The notes under the pieces were generated by a model. The model was not told the DNA's origin and did no database searches. It saw nothing but the letters and a program-made list of their open reading frames with translations. The position numbers and the translations under genes are program-made. This document shows, in pieces, positions 62,397 through 64,000 of a stretch of 64,000 bases of DNA. This DNA comes from Dimorphilus gyrociliatus (Eukaryota > Animalia > Annelida), in NCBI GenBank assembly GCA_904063045.1, contig CAJFCJ010000006.1, positions 434,001-498,000 on the forward strand. Direction: 5' to 3'. The number at the start of each line of letters is the position of its first letter. Positions within the stretch are counted from its first letter, which is position 1.

Positions 62397-63403
62397 ATTT
62401 TTATTGTATATTGAGATTCATGTGCCATTTTTTTCCTATATCTATACATGCCATGTTTCGGAAATTTCTGGGCAAACCTGCATGACATTTGTCCGGTGAA
62501 TGTGCTTAAAAACAACTGTTTCATTGTTATCTCTAAGATGTTTACGCTTATCTTTTCACTGCTAGAACACATTTTGGCTAATTTTTTATGAGCGTTCATA
62601 AATATTTTGACAACAGATGACGCTAGCGCGAAGACAAAGATTATCAAAGTTTTTTTTGTAGTTGTATATTTTTTTGTAGGGTATATTAATCAGCGAAAAA
62701 TGCCATTTTTAAATATGTACTAAAATTATAAATTAAGCTTGTTTGAATACGTTAAATTGAATACTTGTATACATCTTTGTACGTATATGTGTATACAAAA
62801 ATATTTAATCAAATGTGCCATGCTGTGCCTTTTTTAACGTTGTGGATATGAAAAGAACTAATACATAAAATTTATCTAACTTACCTAAATTTTCTCTAAG
62901 AGTCTTCAGGCTTTTAGATATCGTTTTGTGTCTTAAAGATGAGGCCTAGTTACTTCTGGCCTTTTGGCCACGTCAAACTTCTCAGTAGTAGGCCTAACTT
63001 CTTCAAGCCCGATTCAGTTGAAAAGCAAAAATTGATTAGGAACATAGCTCATTAGCATAGTTAGCAGTATATCGAGTTGCGTTGAATGGCTAGTTTGCAT
63101 AATTGATTATATGCTAATTTACCGCGTGAACAGTGAACAGTGACGTATTTTTTGGCATAAAAGCTACGAATTCTTGTCACTTGCTCATTAAAGGTTTCGA
63201 TTACAAGCGAGCAATTATATATTTTTTGAGGTAGGTAAATTGTCCTCTTAAGTTTTACTTGTTTTTTTCCATTATATAACAAGAGATTCCAGAGTATTAA
63301 AAAGTATTATATTAAAATTTGTTTTAAAATCTCTCAGATATTCCCAAGATACTTTTTGGAAGCAATTCAGGGTTTCGTATCATCAATTTCGTTATTAACA
63401 GAA

Positions 63404-64000
63404 ATGGATTATCTACCACTTTGGTCAAGTTTGGAGCTAGAGAAGAGCACTCTCTCTAGCATTAATTCATGTGGAGAGGAAACGGACAATTCTAGTCTTC
63501 CAGAATCACCAACAACTTCAGATATATTCGACTTGGATACGGATTCTTTGATAAAAAGTTTGTTTGAAGAAGGAGATGATATGAAATGTGACGATATTAA
63601 AACCGAACCTGATGAAATTGACAACTGTAATTCAGTTGGCGAGGACTTTGTTGTTCTAGGCGTAGACATAAAAAATTTGTTGCATGTTGAGCCTTTTACA
63701 ACAGATGTGAGCGCCTTTACTCCAGATCCGATTGCTTGTCATCAACAACCCCAGTATCATACTACATCGTATCAAATGTATCACAACCATGAGCCACTAA
63801 TTCAGAGTTATTATCCACCACCATCAGTTGCTCCTCAACCTCAACCTCCTCTACCCCCGCCGCCTCCTCCTCCTGCTCCTCCTCAACAGCAGCAGCAAGA
63901 CTTAATCCAATATCACAGCCCAATCAAGAATACAGACGATAAAGTTCACCCATGCCCTTACATTGGTTGTGGAAGAGTTTACAGTAAATCGTCTCACTTG
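63404..64000 (+). CDS. Kruppel-like factor (KLF), partial; first C2H2 finger truncated by the window edge
   Basis: ORF open from ATG 63404 to the end. Acidic N-terminus, IKTEP SUMO consensus, P/Q-rich stretch, then HPCPYIGCGRVYSKSSHL. Confidence 0.88.
   Translation, partial: MDYLPLWSSLELEKSTLSSINSCGEETDNSSLPESPTTSDIFDLDTDSLIKSLFEEGDDMKCDDIKTEPDEIDNCNSVGEDFVVLGVDIKNLLHVEPFTTDVSAFTPDPIACHQQPQYHTTSYQMYHNHEPLIQSYYPPPSVAPQPQPPLPPPPPPPAPPQQQQQDLIQYHSPIKNTDDKVHPCPYIGCGRVYSKSSHL

Noticed and set aside
1-64000. tRNA, rRNA, CRISPR, transposase/RT, selenoprotein or readthrough signals
   Set aside because: No A/B-box cloverleaf, repeat-spacer array, TE ORF, in-frame TGA in conserved frames or TGA-CTAG context was found by eye.

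Overview
AT-rich, very compact animal genomic DNA holding about 18 intron-containing protein-coding genes in 64 kb, with most introns about 40-70 nt. The gene content (ciliary NPHP4, a PTP99A-type RPTP, a histamine-H2-like GPCR, an Egalitarian-like gene, an NR1D/E/F-related receptor) suggests a miniaturised protostome, probably lophotrochozoan, genome such as the annelid Dimorphilus (inference, not verified). Gene order: HUWE1(-, runs off the left edge), RSBN1(+), H2-like GPCR(-), orphan ORF(+), NPHP4(-), PLEKHM1(+), NR2C/TR2-TR4(-), UBE2H(-, with a U12 minor intron), Egalitarian-like(-), membrane-anchored USP(+), TMEM147(-), PTP99A-like(+), DALRD3(-), TAF4(+), divergent SAR1(+), orphan type-I membrane protein(+), NR1 receptor(+), KLF(+, runs off the right edge). 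No rRNA, tRNA, CRISPR array or transposase was recognised. The best leads are an exonuclease-less Egalitarian paralogue that keeps its LC8-binding motif, a multi-pass-TM USP2/8-type deubiquitinase, a structured U12 intron in UBE2H, and dense nuclear-receptor response-element clusters upstream of both nuclear receptor genes. Exon structures were assembled by hand and protein identities come from recalled family motifs, not database searches.
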